The notes under the pieces are model-generated. The model did no database searches. It saw only the letters and a list, made by a program, of their open reading frames with translations, and was not told where the DNA came from. A DNA stretch of 60,114 bases, filler included, from Piptocephalis cylindrospora (Eukaryota), in assembly GCA_003614145.1 (NCBI GenBank). It is 8 parts of 8 records of this genome, joined end to end, with 100 filler letters (N's around TTAATTAATTAA, not from the genome) between each part and the next. Parts side by side here need not be neighbours in the genome. Positions count along the whole stretch, not along the records: positions 45,253 to 52,636 come from KZ988208.1; positions 52,737 to 60,114 come from KZ988209.1; 6 more parts are not named here. One strand, given 5' to 3'. Made by a program: the position numbers and the translations under genes. Positions 47,013 through 59,940 of the stretch are shown piece by piece. Within the stretch, counting starts at the first letter, position 1; each line of letters opens with the position of its first letter.

Positions 47013-49899
47013 ATGAAGTCCAGGAAGAAACAATACCGAAAGTCTATGCTTTCTTTTCACGATGAGGATGAACAGAGCTTTGATACGGAGGAAGTAACGG
47101 ATCCGCCTGGATTAGCCTCCACGCTCGAGGAGGGTGAGACCATGACAGACCTTGAGTCTACCCAGGCTAGGACGGCCTTTCGAGATAGGATAGGCCGAAA
47201 GGCAAAGACCATGGCCTTCTCCTCTCGAAGATCTCGGCCCGAGGAGGATGTAATGGGGAAGGGTGCTGAAGTCCCTCCTGGCCCGATCAGGGAGGTATCA
47301 AATTCGTGGGAGGAGCCTGGAGAAGTAACCTATGGAGATACCGCTCCCATAACCTCGAATCAATCTCAAGCTGTAGAAGAGGAAGAAGAGGAGGACGGGG
47401 AAGGAGGTTTGACTAAAGAGGAAAGGGCAATGATCACAGAGGCTCGTAAGCGTCGACGCGCCCAACGACAAGGTGTGGCCGCGGATTATATCTCTTTATC
47501 CTCTGGGGCCTCCTCAAAACAATCAGCACGTCCGATGGGTAGGACGATGGGAAAGAGAATTTCTTTCAGCGCAGCTATGGATCACCTCCCCTCGGCCCTT
47601 CAAAGCTCGGATACATCGTCTCCCTCACCGTCGACTTTGGACCGCGTGGATGACCGTAGGGATCAAGTTCGGGAAGCTTTGAAGAGTATGTACGGAGACA
47701 CGGAGGAGCGGCAAGTCCAGGATACCTCTGATATTTCACCGGGACCGGCTCCCACACCCTCTTCAAAACTGAGTGTCATGGGTGAATTGGAGGATCTTGA
47801 GGATACCTATACCCAGGAAGCGCCCGATCAAATCATGGTTGATGTGGGAGAAGATGGAGAGGGTTCGGATCATGAAGAGTTGGCTAGATGGGAGAGTGAC
47901 GTGATTAGACAAGGGGGTATGATGAGTAAAGAGGGTAAGTGATCTTTCTCTAGGCAGGTAACCTCTGCTTTCACTCATCATCCTTGCCTATCAAATAGGG
48001 CTGGATAATCTAATCAGCCAGGAGCCCAGTATTTCCAGATCTCCTCCTCCACCCACCCCTCAGATCACCCCTCTGATTTCCTTTCCCGACTTTACTTCGA
48101 CCTTGGATCGGGCATGTATGGAACTCAAAGAATCGATTGAGACGACAGAGGAGTCTTTGGGAAAACACCAGCAGATGGCCTCCTCCCTTCCGGCTCAACA
48201 GACGGCGCTGAATGAGGAGGCTACACAGACATACACCCGGTATCTCTTTTATCAGGAGACCCTGGATTGGGTGAATGATACCGTTGCCATGATGGAGTCC
48301 AAGGTGAGTGAGATCAAGATGTGTCGATGATATTTGCTCCCTAACAACCCTTTCTCTGTGTAGATTCCCAAGTTTGCTTCCTTGGAAGAGGAATTGCAAA
48401 AGGCCATGGAGGGACAAGGGGCGCGAGCAGATCAGGATGTGGCCAATCTGGCTTGGGAGCGAGCAGTGCAGGAAGATGGGAGGTTGATGGATGAGGATGT
48501 ACTAGATGCGGTGGAGAAACCTTTGGAAACATCGACTCATCTAGGTGAGTGGGTACGGCATATACAAATGGGTGGATCTGATCTCGGGAGGCTTACCCTT
48601 CTTTCGACCCTTTCCAGATGACCTCTCCAATCGTAGGTCTATGCTCTTTGATGATGTTAAGGATGATTTTAGCTACGCTGGGGCGCTCGAACGGTTTGAA
48701 AGATGGCATCAGACCCATCCCGAGGACTACGGAAATGCTTATGCCGGCGTGAGCTTTGCTCAGCTTGCTGGATTCTACGCTCGATGGGAGTGTCTTGGCA
48801 TGACGCATATTCATGTCCGTCGATATTTTCGTGGAGGGGGAAAGGAATGTCTCTTGGGCACGTACTGACAGTTACTTTCTTTTCTCCCTGAATACTGTAG
48901 GATATGACCCAGGTGCTGGATACCCATTGGATGAATACACTCTGTCATATGGAAGCAGAGGGCGGAGAGGGGGAGGCATCCTCGGGGATTATTCAAAGGG
49001 TGTTTGAGAAGGTTCTTCTTCCATACACATGCTCTCTGATCAGCGGGGCTAGTGCATTTGTAGTGGAGCATGTGGAGGATATGGAGGATGTCCTGGAAAT
49101 GTTTCATGCTCATGGTATGGACGGGAGACGTCTTAGGGTATGTACTGACAGGGTTGTTGTGGCTAAGGGCACTGCGTCTCTCCTATTCATCTTTGTCTTC
49201 CATCTCTTATGCAGGAGGCCATTGCAGAACGATTTGCCCAGGTTCCTTCGGTACTCCTATCACTTTTAGAGGATCAACAATTTATTCATGCCCCTCAAGG
49301 TCCCCCTCTCTTGGCTCATCTATCTAGAAAGGTGTGTTGGATCTGTATAGCCTCTATCTTCTCCCCTTCTTTCCTTCTAATCTCATGCGATTCCTTTCCT
49401 TTAGGTGCTTGTGCATGCCCAAGTCCTTTTACATGATGGTAAAGGGATTCCAGAAGCCATATCAGTGCTTCATTCACTCCTCAATGTTACTATGAGGATG
49501 GTCCCTGTCTTGTCTTTAGAAGCAAGCATGGATCACTTTGCTCAGGTAGGCATTCTGAGCTTCTGGATGGACCTGCACCCATTTATTTCTCATACGTTCC
49601 ATACCTAGTGTGTAAACATCCTTCAGGTCCCACCCATGACCCAGGGACCTATGGCGCCTCCATGGTGGATCAAGACGATTGAGGGGGCGAGTAGAGATTT
49701 GGGGAAGCGGGTGATCCAGATCATAGGCTCGGATCTAAGGTAACTTTTTATTTGGCGCAGGATGACTTTCCTATCCACTCACACACTCATCTGTGATGCA
49801 TCCAGGGGTACCTCCACTCTCTCGGCTCTTGTCCAGATCTTACGAGATGCTCAGCTGGACGCGGTGGCTTTGGAGCTGGAGAACTCATGTCAAACATGA
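47013..49899 (+). CDS. GCFC2/PAXBP1 (Ntr2-like) spliceosome disassembly factor
   Basis: ARKRRRAQR...DYISL, ELARWESDVIRQG, LFDDVKDDFS...ERFERWHQTHPEDYGNAY...FYARWE (GCFC domain). Many introns; the 3' boundary is approximate. Confidence 0.8.
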
Positions 49900-50045
49900 A
49901 ACGAGTCTTTACCTGATTACTCTTCTTGGGTGAAATTATTGTAACGAGAAAGAGTGAGAAGCTGATGGGAAAAGAATTGCAATCCTAATCACCATCACTC
50001 AACGAGATTGTATATTGATTCAGGATGATGAAAAAAGACATGCTA

Positions 50046-51506
50046 TCAAAAGTACAAGGAGACGGTCGAGCTGGTGGTTCGAGCCAGAACCCCATGAATG
50101 TCGGCCCGGGACCTTCGGGTCAAGGCACACAGCGCATCGTAGGGGATGGTGCCGTCCACACGATCACGTAGGATTGGGGTAAGTTGGGAACGACGCTCTG
50201 GAGGGACATACGGGTACTCAAAGACTCTTTCTATCAGACCATGGGACACGCCAAACAGGACAAAGCGTCTAGGGTGAGAAGGGAAAGGAAGATGGGATTA
50301 GAGACATATCATTGATAGGATAGAGGTGAAAGAAGTGGCCTTTACCGAAGATCCACATGAACAAGATCCGAAACATATTCCTCAGACCACCGCTGTAAAT
50401 TAGTTCCTCGATGCATAGAGGCGTAGAGAGCGAGGAGCAGAGCGATGGGTAAAGTCGGATGATCTATTATGGAGAGGGGAAGGGATGAATAGTCGGGTCC
50501 TTCCACAGTCATTGCAGGCCAGCTTACCCTTCTTGGCTACAAAGGAGGGACATGCCCGCTGCAAGTCGGAATTAGCCACCAGCTCCCGAATCCCCAAAGC
50601 TACAGTGTAGATATTGGAATACTATGGAAAGCAAAATGTGAGTAATCTTATCTCCCTGTCGATCGCGTAGGATATAGTCTGGTTCTACTCACTTGAAAGG
50701 CATCAATCAGAGTAACACAATGGTAGTAGAGGAGATGAGCAATGCAGCTTCGGGCCTTGATAGGATCAACCCCGGCGCGTTCGGCGATTCTTCGAACATG
50801 AGAAATTCCATCGATGTGACGCATGACCCTTTGCATGGTCATGTCCCATCGATGGTCTGAGAGGGCAACAAGGTCCACGACACTGACAGGCACGACGTGG
50901 TCATGAACTGGGGGCGGATTAGGTCTGGAGGGGAAGAGCTTGAGGTTCAATGTCGTGCCCGATTCTGGAAAGATTGGATATTAGTTTAAAATGATAGGGT
51001 GAGAGAAAGAGGAGAGAAAACTCACCGAGTGGAACGCGACATTCCCGATGAAGATTGAGATCCTCATACATTTGCTCCATGACAACGCGTAATTGCTCCT
51101 TACCGCCCTCTCGACTCAGAAGCCCCTGCTCTTCCTCCAGGGTGAGGAGGAAGGCAGCAGCCTTCCTGACCAGGCGACGATAACCTTTGACGTCAGCCCC
51201 TCGTTCAAAGACAAAGACTAGGTTGAAGAGCAGGGCGTTTCGGGCATAACGGGGTGAGTCGATGGTGCAAGGGACGCCCATAAGTAGGTGTCGGTCGAGG
51301 AGAAGGGTGAGGAGTCGATGTCGTAGGGGGGCCCGTGGGATGACATAGTCCGAGGCGTGGCTGAACGGAAAGGGAGGGGGTAAAGGAGCCGGAGGCAGCG
51401 GAGGGACCGAATGGACAATGTAGGGGCCATGAGAGGGGTGGAATTCTGTGTAGAAAAGGAAGAGTAGATCGGGGAATGAGGGCCGTTGGTAGTGGTGAAA
51501 GGCCAT
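50046..51506 (-). CDS. NPR2: GATOR1/SEACIT subunit Npr2 (NPRL2)
   Basis: FYTEFHPSHGP, YARNALLFNLVFVF, NLKLFP, WDMTMQRVMRHIDG, HLLYYHCVTLIDAFQ|YSNIY, RFVLFGVSHGLIERVFEYP. Confidence 0.92.
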
Positions 51507-51927
51507 ACTGGGAGGAGGGGATGGAGATGGGACGAGATGAAGGATGCTTTTCCTCGAGATTCAGAATACTAGCTGCTTCAAATAAGCTAAATGACTGGGG
51601 TTGGGTGAGGGGAAAAGAGCACATGTGTCATGAGAGAACAATAGTGGTATTTTCTAAGCCCGTGGGATGATACATGTGGGTACACTGAGGCTGATGGAGG
51701 GATTTTGAAGATGTGGATAGAGTCCATCCATAGCATGACCCATTCTCTCATTAAATGATAGCAAGAAAGAAGACCATAGTAATACGCATACTCATCCATT
51801 CGAGGATGAATGTCCTTTCCCTCTACCCAGCACAGAACCGTCCACTCCTCCGCATATCCTTCAAGTACAGGGAAGCAAGAGAGAGAGAGAGAGAGAGATC
51901 CCAGTACATACTGATAAGTAGAGATGA

Positions 51928-52636
51928 TCAAACGGTCATCTCGGTCCTTGATTCATCCACTATGGGGTCCGTAGAGGTCTCAGAAGAGATATCAAGAATT
52001 TCTTTGATCATGGCTTGTAGACCTGTTGCTCCGCCTGGAGAATGAGGAAGAGGCAATGTGAGGTTAGGTGCTAAGGAAGGAGCTTGTTCCCTCGTAAAAG
52101 ATCACTTACCCTGTTCGGCCAAGAGTTGGGGGGTGCATCGAGGGAGGAAGAACGTGGTATAGTAATCCTCGAGGAAAACCAATAGATCCCGGACATCCAC
52201 GAGACTATGTAAGAGAGGGTGAGTACGAATCATCCTACCGATCCCGATAGAGCTATCCTAAACATACTTGGTGATCCTTCGTACTCGGGCAAGAAATTCA
52301 ATGGAGGGACGAAAGAGGGTGGCAACGACGGCGGGTTCAGGCTTGGCCAAGAGGATGTGCCCTCGTCGATCATTGGCGCCACCATCAATGGCATAGGGAT
52401 CCAAGGGACCTGCCCCACCTAGGGATTCGTATCCCTCGGTTTTCTTGGCGCCTCCAAGGAGGGTGGAGCTATCCTCATTGGCCCCACCCAAGCTCTCTCC
52501 ATTGGTGTCATCTTGTCCTGCGGTAGTTGGAATGGCCGTTTCCAACCGGGCAAGTACTTCTTCGTAGGCTCCCATCATCTCCCCATGGCCTTCTTTCCCA
52601 CCCAGACGGAAGAGTTTCTGAAGGAGACAGGACGGG
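51928..52636 (-). CDS. SEC8: Exocyst subunit Sec8-like internal fragment (5' lost in gap, apparent premature stop)
   Basis: KLFRL, GHILLAKP...LFRPSIEFL, LLVFLEDYYTTFFLP and GATGLQAMIKEI resemble the Sec8 mid-region. Introns 52267-52205 and 52109-52035; TGA at 51930-51928. Confidence 0.62.
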
Positions 52637-52736
52637 NNNNNNNNNNNNNNNNNNNNNNNNNNNNNNNNNNNNNNNNNNNNTTAATTAATTAANNNNNNNN
52701 NNNNNNNNNNNNNNNNNNNNNNNNNNNNNNNNNNNN
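52637..52736. other. Artificial contig spacer
   Basis: N44-TTAATTAATTAA-N44. Confidence 0.98.
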
Positions 52737-53585
52737 AGAGTTGGTTCCACGGTGTGATAGGGAAAGTAAGGGGAAGTGAAGCAAGATATCTGCAACGGAC
52801 ATGGTTGAATACCTTGCTGGGTAACCTCCATGTGATACAGATCTGGACGTTAACACCGAAAGTGATGACGAGAGAAAGAAAGAGTAGAGGAAGGGGAAGA
52901 GCAGTGTGGAGGAGAGGAGGGAAGGGATGACGCGAATAATTCACCAACTGAGCTTATGTTTCGAGGTGAGTATAAAGGAAAAAGAAGAAAAAGAGGGCTC
53001 CTTGATGAAGTGAAGAACACTGAGGTGATATTCAACCTTTCCGGAACTGTTCCTCCTGATCATCCTAGAGATCAAATGAACGCCTTTCGTGACGACCAAA
53101 TAGCACTGTAAGGACGGGAGGGGAGGCGAGGATGTCACGATACTACGCTTGTGTTCCCCCGGAAAAAGTGGCAGATAGAGAAAATGCGCAAGGGCTAAAA
53201 TTCTTGATTCAAACAGCATTCATGAGTACTCACCTATCTATATGCATTAGAGCATAAGATCTTTATGGGGGGCTCGTGCTGGGGAATCTAGAGATTGCGT
53301 ATACAGACAGATGAACCAAAAGGCAAAACAATAGTTAGAAGAAAGGGAAAAGTTGCATTTGTCAAGTAAAATCCTTGATGAACTTGGGAGGAAAGAGGAA
53401 AGGAGTTCGGGAGCACAAGACGATCTAAGTCGCTCTCATATCCAAATCCAGCCCACATAATGCTAATGCACCACACAAATACTCCTCGACAACTTCCATT
53501 CACATTCCAACAATTTATGATCCTTCAAGGATTTATCATGGGCTGCAACGGTACAAGCAAAGGCAAGTAATGCATAAGCATGAAG

Positions 53586-53990
53586 CTAATAGTAGCCATA
53601 GCTCCCGCCGTAACCACCACCATAGCCGCCGTAGCCACCACCATAGCGGCCGTAGCCACCACCATAGCCGCCGTAGCCACCACCATAACTGCCACCATAA
53701 CTGCCACCATAACGGCCGATGCCACCACCAGAGCGGTAGCTAGAGAAGCCGCCCATGGGAAGGATGGGGGAGATGGGGCGAATTGGGATGGTCTGTCGAA
53801 TACCTTGAGAAGTGACGGAGCTTTGGTCAGCTTTATTGACAATGGTATCAGTATTACCAACATTGAATTTCTCCTGGTTTATGTCGGTTACACTGTCATG
53901 GTTGCGGAGGGGACTCGCCTGGGTCTGGGCGACAAGCGAGGTGGCCACAATGGCGAGGAGGGTGGTGGAGGCAATGGAACGGATGGACAT
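53586..53990 (-). CDS. Small secreted Gly/Tyr-rich protein (134 aa)
   Basis: Signal peptide MSIRSIASTTLLAIVATSLVAQTQA-SP and C-terminal GGGYGGY tandem repeats. AGGTATAAAA TATA upstream at 54292-54301. Confidence 0.85.
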   Translation of the reverse strand: MSIRSIASTTLLAIVATSLVAQTQASPLRNHDSVTDINQEKFNVGNTDTIVNKADQSSVTSQGIRQTIPIRPISPILPMGGFSSYRSGGGIGRYGGSYGGSYGGGYGGYGGGYGRYGGGYGGYGGGYGGSYGYY

Positions 53991-55248
53991 GATGATGAGA
54001 GGGAGAGGGATCTTGATGAGATGCGAGGGGGAGGAGGAGAGGAATCAGCGTGGGTTTTATGTGGGAGGGAAAGGGGGAGGATGGAGGAAGGCGGAAGAAG
54101 TCTTTGTGCGGGGGAGTGAAAGTGTGGAGGCGGTTGCAAGAGCGAGAGAGGAGGAGGGCGGTTCGTGTCGAAATGGGCGAGAGAGTTGGAGGCGAGAGGA
54201 GTGCGAGGGGGAAGGGCAAGTGGAAAGGGGGAGTGAAGGGATGAGAGAGGATGGATGGGGGAAGGGCGATGATGGGGTGAGATGATCTCAATTTTATACC
54301 TGTTGATCTAAGGAGTGAGAGTGAGGCTGGGGTGGGAAGCGGAGTTTCTGGAAAGAAGGGGACAGGAGCGGGGATCGAAGCTGAGTAGTGCCGGAATAGG
54401 CAGAGGCGACGAGAAAGAGCCGGAGTTGGAAAAGCGGAGTGTCCATTGTGAGGGAAGGTTCTGGGCGGAGTGGACCCAAGCAGAGAGAAGGCGAAGGATC
54501 TGTCGAGAAGCCCTAGCCTGTTGGTACTATCGAACCTGTCAGCCCAGTCTGGGTCCCGCGGAGCCAGGAGCGGATACTGAATCGGGGTTCTAATTAGACC
54601 CAAAGTCCGACACCCATATTAGGAGCAGGTAGGGGTAAGGAACAGGACAATAGAAAACTCTAACGGGATGATAGGCTATACTAGTGGGAGGGATGGGTTT
54701 CTAGCAAGAGCTTTTGTCTTGGCCCAGTCCCAGATTCACCAAAGCAAGGAAAGCGGTGTTAAGTGTAATAATTCTTCCCTTTGCTTCGATTCATCCCTGG
54801 ATGCCTCATTGCTTCCCGTGATAGGAAAAACCAATTTTGCTAGGCTCCTTTCCCTTACAAGAATACTGATCTCGTAGAAAATTACATGTGGTGTGGTTGT
54901 TAGCCACGGATTTTCTTCAATGTAGGATTTCAGAATCAATGTGTTTGTCAATACACCTCTTGCTGAACGCAAGAAGGAATAGGATGGCCCGACAGTGCAT
55001 GCTGGCTATCTTTGTCTTTCCCGAAGCTTCCACCATGCTGGAAGAGCTGAGAATATATAAAGAAATGGAAGGAAGAGCGAGAAGGTGTATTTCAAGTATC
55101 ACCAAATGATACCATGGTATCCATTGTCCAAAAAGTACAAAGCCAAGAAAATTTAGGACTTGAGCAAGTGACACAGGAGACCCACCACATAGATTAAGTT
55201 TGTGGCAAGGGTACAGGGAGATCACTGTTATGATATGTACCAAAGGGT

Positions 55249-55461
55249 TTACCCAAAATAAGGAGGATAACCAAGGCCTCGGTTCATGTTCATGTAGTTC
55301 ATGTTGTTGTAGCTGCTGTATCTGTTCCCAACGTTGTTTTGGTACATGCTATAGTCAATGTCGTTAATGTAGTCATTCCATGGAGCGGCGTTTGATTGAC
55401 CAACCAGAGAGGTGGCGACGATGGCAGAAAGAGCAATGACAACGAGAGAGCGGAACGACAT
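55249..55461 (-). CDS. Small secreted Asn/Tyr-rich protein (70 aa), paralog of the 53586-53990 gene
   Basis: MSFRSLVVIALSAIVATSLVGQSNA-APWNDYINDIDYSMYQNNVGNRYSSYNNMNYMNMNRGLGYPPYFG. AGGTATAAAG TATA upstream at ~55665-55674. Confidence 0.82.
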   Translation of the reverse strand: MSFRSLVVIALSAIVATSLVGQSNAAPWNDYINDIDYSMYQNNVGNRYSSYNNMNYMNMNRGLGYPPYFG

Positions 55462-56384
55462 GGTTGGAAGCTTGGGGCGAGTTCTTGGAAAGACGTGGAG
55501 TGAGGATGTGTGAGGAGAGGGACGTGGCGTAGCGTGGAGTGACGTAAAGCGGCGTTGGGGGCGTGGCAAGGGTTTGCAAGGTGATCAAGAGTGAGCGAGG
55601 GAGAAAGGGTAAAGAGGAACGGAAGAGGGAGTATGGAGCTTTAGGGCCGGTGGACCCGACTGGCCTTTATACCTTTTCCCCAACACCATCAGCCGAGAAA
55701 CGGGCTGGGGATCAGGAGAAAGGGAGTTTCGGAGTGTAATTGGATGCACCCTTCATCCCGACCACTTAGATCCGTTCCCATTGACCGCCCCGACCTCCAG
55801 TAACGGCAGGAAAGGACCCTTGCTGAGATGGGTCCATTGGTCGGAGTTAAAGATTGAATCGGACTTTAAAATATTTAACTCCGGCTTTGACAAGTCCCAG
55901 TCTTGATATTAATAAAAGTCCATTATGATATGGACCGCATCTTCAAGAGGACAGGATAATGGATAACCAGATCAGTGGCTAGTGCATCATCTCTTCTCTC
56001 CAAAAGGACGATAGGGGTAATAATGTCCCATGAGTGCGTGTTTCTCGCATAACAAGTTTTTTCAACAAGACGTAGTGAAGGATGAGTACATTAAATAGCC
56101 TTGTAAGCTTCAAAGATATGATCAACTTGGAGAGAGGAAGGATGGCTGCAAAGACGGATGGATGATCAGATCAAGAGGTCGAGGAAGATAGTGGATGGGC
56201 TGAAGGTGAAATATGAACGTCATCCTCCTCTGCAAGATAACGGCCATATGAAGCTCATACCCCTTGAAATACTCTGCCCCCTCCCACTTAGGAAGGGAAA
56301 GGTAAAAACACGGTTTGGATAATGGAATGTCTATATGGAAGGGAAAGGGAATCAAGAAAGGAATGAAAGTGGGCACAACAAAAG

Positions 56385-58450
56385 TCAGGGATCAAGAGGA
56401 GGGTCAACCACTTCGTAAGGTCCAGACCAGTGCTGCTTCACAAAGGATTCCATGGGCCGGGAGATGAGAAGGACTGGGGGCTGATCCAACAGGAGAGGAG
56501 GTGTATAATGATTCGGACATTCTTGCTGGTCTTTGGAGGGGAAGATGGGGCGCTTGATCAAGATGTCCATCCCATCCTCCAGGTTCTCCTTCTTGCATTC
56601 ATCCCGGGTATATCGAAATTGGGGTTTTAGGGTGGTGCGGTAGACAAAGGCAAATGCAAGGGTACAAAGGGGCAGAGGAACGAGGAAGATTGTGGGGACA
56701 GGGTGAGTGCGGCGAATGTTGATGGCGCCCATAACTGCAATCTGGGCCAGGGTTATACCAACGAGGGAACGATGGGCAACGAGAGGCCAAATCTGCCCCC
56801 AGGTCTCATGCTTGGTGTGAGTCACGTAGATGGCCCGGTACTTGAGGGCAAAAAGGGTAAGGGTAAAGGCGATGACCGCGCACGCGAGAATCAACGGTGT
56901 GAGAATGGAGAAGAGTAGGGTGAGGGTGAAGAGGAAGAGGATGGAGGCGTATGTGTGCGTAAGAGGGAAGTGGATGGGTTTGGGGCCCTTGGCCCACTCC
57001 ATTATCTCTCTAGGCGTACGACGGCGATGCAGCCATCTGACCAGAACAGGCGGCTGGCAGCTGAGGAGGAGGGCGGGGAGGTTTAAGAGGTTAAAGATCT
57101 GACCCATCCCCATGATGTTCATGTAGGAGATCCAGAAGAGGGAGGTGTTGATGAGGCTGTTGGCCAGGATGATGGGAACGCTCCCGAGGAAGTAAGGGTC
57201 AGACAGGCGGTGAATAATCGATACGGGGGGTGGGTTCGGGGCCGGGTTCCCATCATCATCGACTCTTTCGGTGCTGATAAGAGCGTTGACCGGATCAAAG
57301 CCCACATCAATGAGGAAAAAGGTGAAGCCACTGCGGAGGAAAAACAGAAAGAGTATCCGGAGGATAACACGGTCCCTTTGCCGCTTATCGGGTACACCCT
57401 TGAAAAGCGCAAGAAAGCGGGAAAGTAGGGGGATGAGATGATAGAAGATAGCGACAGCAATAGGTGTGATTTGGTTGTCGATAAAGGATCGAAGAAAGGA
57501 ATGTTTCTCCAGCATGGGTTGTGCGGATGCAGGAAGGAGTTTTGTCAGGTCCAAATGGATCACCCAAGCGTATAGAAGACCAAAGAGGAAGAATGTTAAG
57601 AAGAGCGAGATAATCGTACTGAAAAGGGATCGGATCCTCCGGGAAGCGCATCCGATAGATGCATGAGACCACAAAATTTCATTGGGTTCAGGTGCCTCTT
57701 GTATCTCGGGGGCGCGACGGAGTACGGCATCCTTAAAGCATACATAGGGGATATGGCCATGGAGATCCTCTAGGGCTCGATGGGCCTGCTGCACCGAAGG
57801 GAAAGTCAGAAAGGCCAGAGTGGAGGATTGGATGGTCGTGGGATCCGAGTGGGCCGCCTGGGCCTGGAGGATATCCTCATTAAGCCTTGAAGTCTTTCTC
57901 TCCAACCTTTCTAGACGCTCTCGATCTTTTGATTCAACCTTACGCGAGCCTTTGTACAGTTTATCTAGGAGATATTCAGCTTTGAGCAGGGCTTTGCGAT
58001 GTTTATCGAAAAACCGCCTCAGTGGGTCGAGGTCGCCGACAAAGGAGAGGTGGTACGCCTTAGGATTTAAGGCACACCGGGCCAAGTACGATTGTAATCT
58101 ACCGTATCCCCGGAGAGAGCTTGGGATAGATGTGAGCATAATGGAGCGGTGGCTAATGGCCAAACCGTAGGTTGAGGAGGAAAAATGGGCTTGGCGAAGG
58201 CGGATAACTCGAAGACTAAAGGACCTTAAGGAAATGTAGAAAGCAATGGAAAAGGCCCAACAAGCTAGGACGTTCAGCCAAATGGTCCATTCTCTCTTGT
58301 ACTGTAGGGAAAGCCAACGCATGTAAAAGAAGGTCTTATCCAGCCGTTCCAAGTTTGAGAAGGCATTGGCTGGGACGAGGGTGAGAAGCATTGGGGTCCC
58401 ACACCAAAGAATGAAATCTCTGCACCATTTCACAAAGAGAAGAAGGATAG
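56385..58450 (-). CDS. OSCA/TMEM63/CSC1 (DUF221, RSN1/PHM7 family) channel body; no same-strand first exon found
   Basis: LLFVKWCRDFIL...LVPAN, RQAHFSS, RSIMLTSIP, AFLTFPS, APEPNEILW, FWISY, TPRE, KYRAIYV...ETWGQIWP. Begins at a CTAAAT...CATTAG phase-1 acceptor at 58451. Confidence 0.9.
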
Positions 58451-59657
58451 CTAATGGGAAAAGGGAAGGCAAATTTAGTCAATTTGTAATAATACAGGTT
58501 CAAATAAGGATGAGAAAGGGGGGGGGGGAAGAGACTCTGCACATGATTATTTGTCTGATTGCTCGTACCTAAACTCCCTTTTGGGATGCGTATTGATCGC
58601 GTAGGTGGATGCGTCTTGGACGCGACCGGCCCCAATCCACCATTTCTCAGAGCTCATCCAGATATCGAGAGGAACCCATGTGATTTGACTGTTGAATGAT
58701 GATATGCTTTCTTTTCTTGATAAGTGACACGCTTCATATTGTGTAGGAGATGGGCTATCTGGGCTTCTTGTTTAGGGCCTGCGTGGAGCGCTTGGGGTGG
58801 ATCTATGAAATACGAAAACTGGGGAGAGAAAGGAATGAGGAAGAGCATTCATGACGCATGTAAACTCTCAGTGTATGATATACTTTTGATGCATGGACCG
58901 TGAGAGAATCGTAGGATTCAGTAGGATCCGCGGAAAGAGGCAGTCGTAGATGACGATAAGCCTATCTACATAAGCTGTATGTATTCTGCCAAGCTTTCTT
59001 TATGTGACATACTGAATCATCCCTTGAGCCAAGGACATCACAATAACCATCATGAACCCATGAACTTTATCGCTGCATCCAAGGGTGGATCTCCTTCCCT
59101 ATCATTTTTCCTCCAGGGACAATCTGCGCACGAGGTATTTGATGAACGATGAATAAGGAAGGTGTGGAGTTGATGAATGTTCTTCTTCCATCCTTCTTCT
59201 CTACTACCCGGACGGTTCATTCAGACCTCTCCATACTTATGCTTGTCCAGGACTATCCAATAAAATCTTTGGGACTCCATGCATGAAGCTCAAACCAATC
59301 GTTATCCTCTCTCGTCGTACAACTCCAACTCCGAATAATCTGATCCTTTCGGTGTCCTGTAACCTCCGATCCGCAATCTTGTCTTTACAGCTTTAAAGGA
59401 TTCAGCAACCGACCACCGGGCATTTTATCACTCCTTTTCTCTTTTCTTGTCTTCTCTTTCCCTACACTTATCGTCTCTCTATCCGTTGTTTGCCGCCCCT
59501 TGCCATTCTTCTTTGCTCGTTCCGTTCCATCCCTCCTCCTCTCCTCATTAACGTCGTTTCCTTGTGAGCCGGAGGACTTTCACAACTTCCCATTCTTCAT
59601 CTTTCTCTGCTCTCTTCCCTTGTCGCCTCCCCCTAGTGCTGGGGGTTTCACGTCCTC

Positions 59658-59940
59658 ATGATTGATCTACCTAGCGAACGATTAAATATCCAGCCTCTAG
59701 ATTTTCTGGAGGAATTTGGCTTCTACGCTCTCTTTGGCCTCCTGGCTCTTTCCATCTTCTCCGTTGTACGGAGATATCGAGCCGTCGTGTACTATCCAAA
59801 AGTTATGCGCGCATCTGATGATAAGGATGCCCTAACGAATCCTAGATCCTTCATGACGGTACTCAAGGGCAGCTGGTTTCATCATGTTCTATTCACTGAC
59901 ATTGAAAAGGATTTATTGCCTGACATCGGCCTGGATGCAA
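59658..59940 (+). CDS. First exon (TM0 to GLDA) of an OSCA/TMEM63/CSC1 gene, on the opposite strand to the gene body
   Basis: FGLLALSIFSVVRRYRAVVYYPK...SWF...EKDLLPDIGLDA matches the RSN1_TM N-terminus. Followed by a GTAATC donor at 59941 (phase 1). Confidence 0.8.

Noticed and set aside
52737..52947. Possible third member of the small secreted family
   Set aside because: The hydrophobic ORF derives from CT-rich sequence and lacks the shared AIVATSLV leader and NVGN core.
58336..58848. Same-strand first exon for the OSCA gene using the GTACGA donor at 58568
   Set aside because: The phase fits, but the frame has a nearby upstream stop, no ATG, no TM0 and no GLDA motif.
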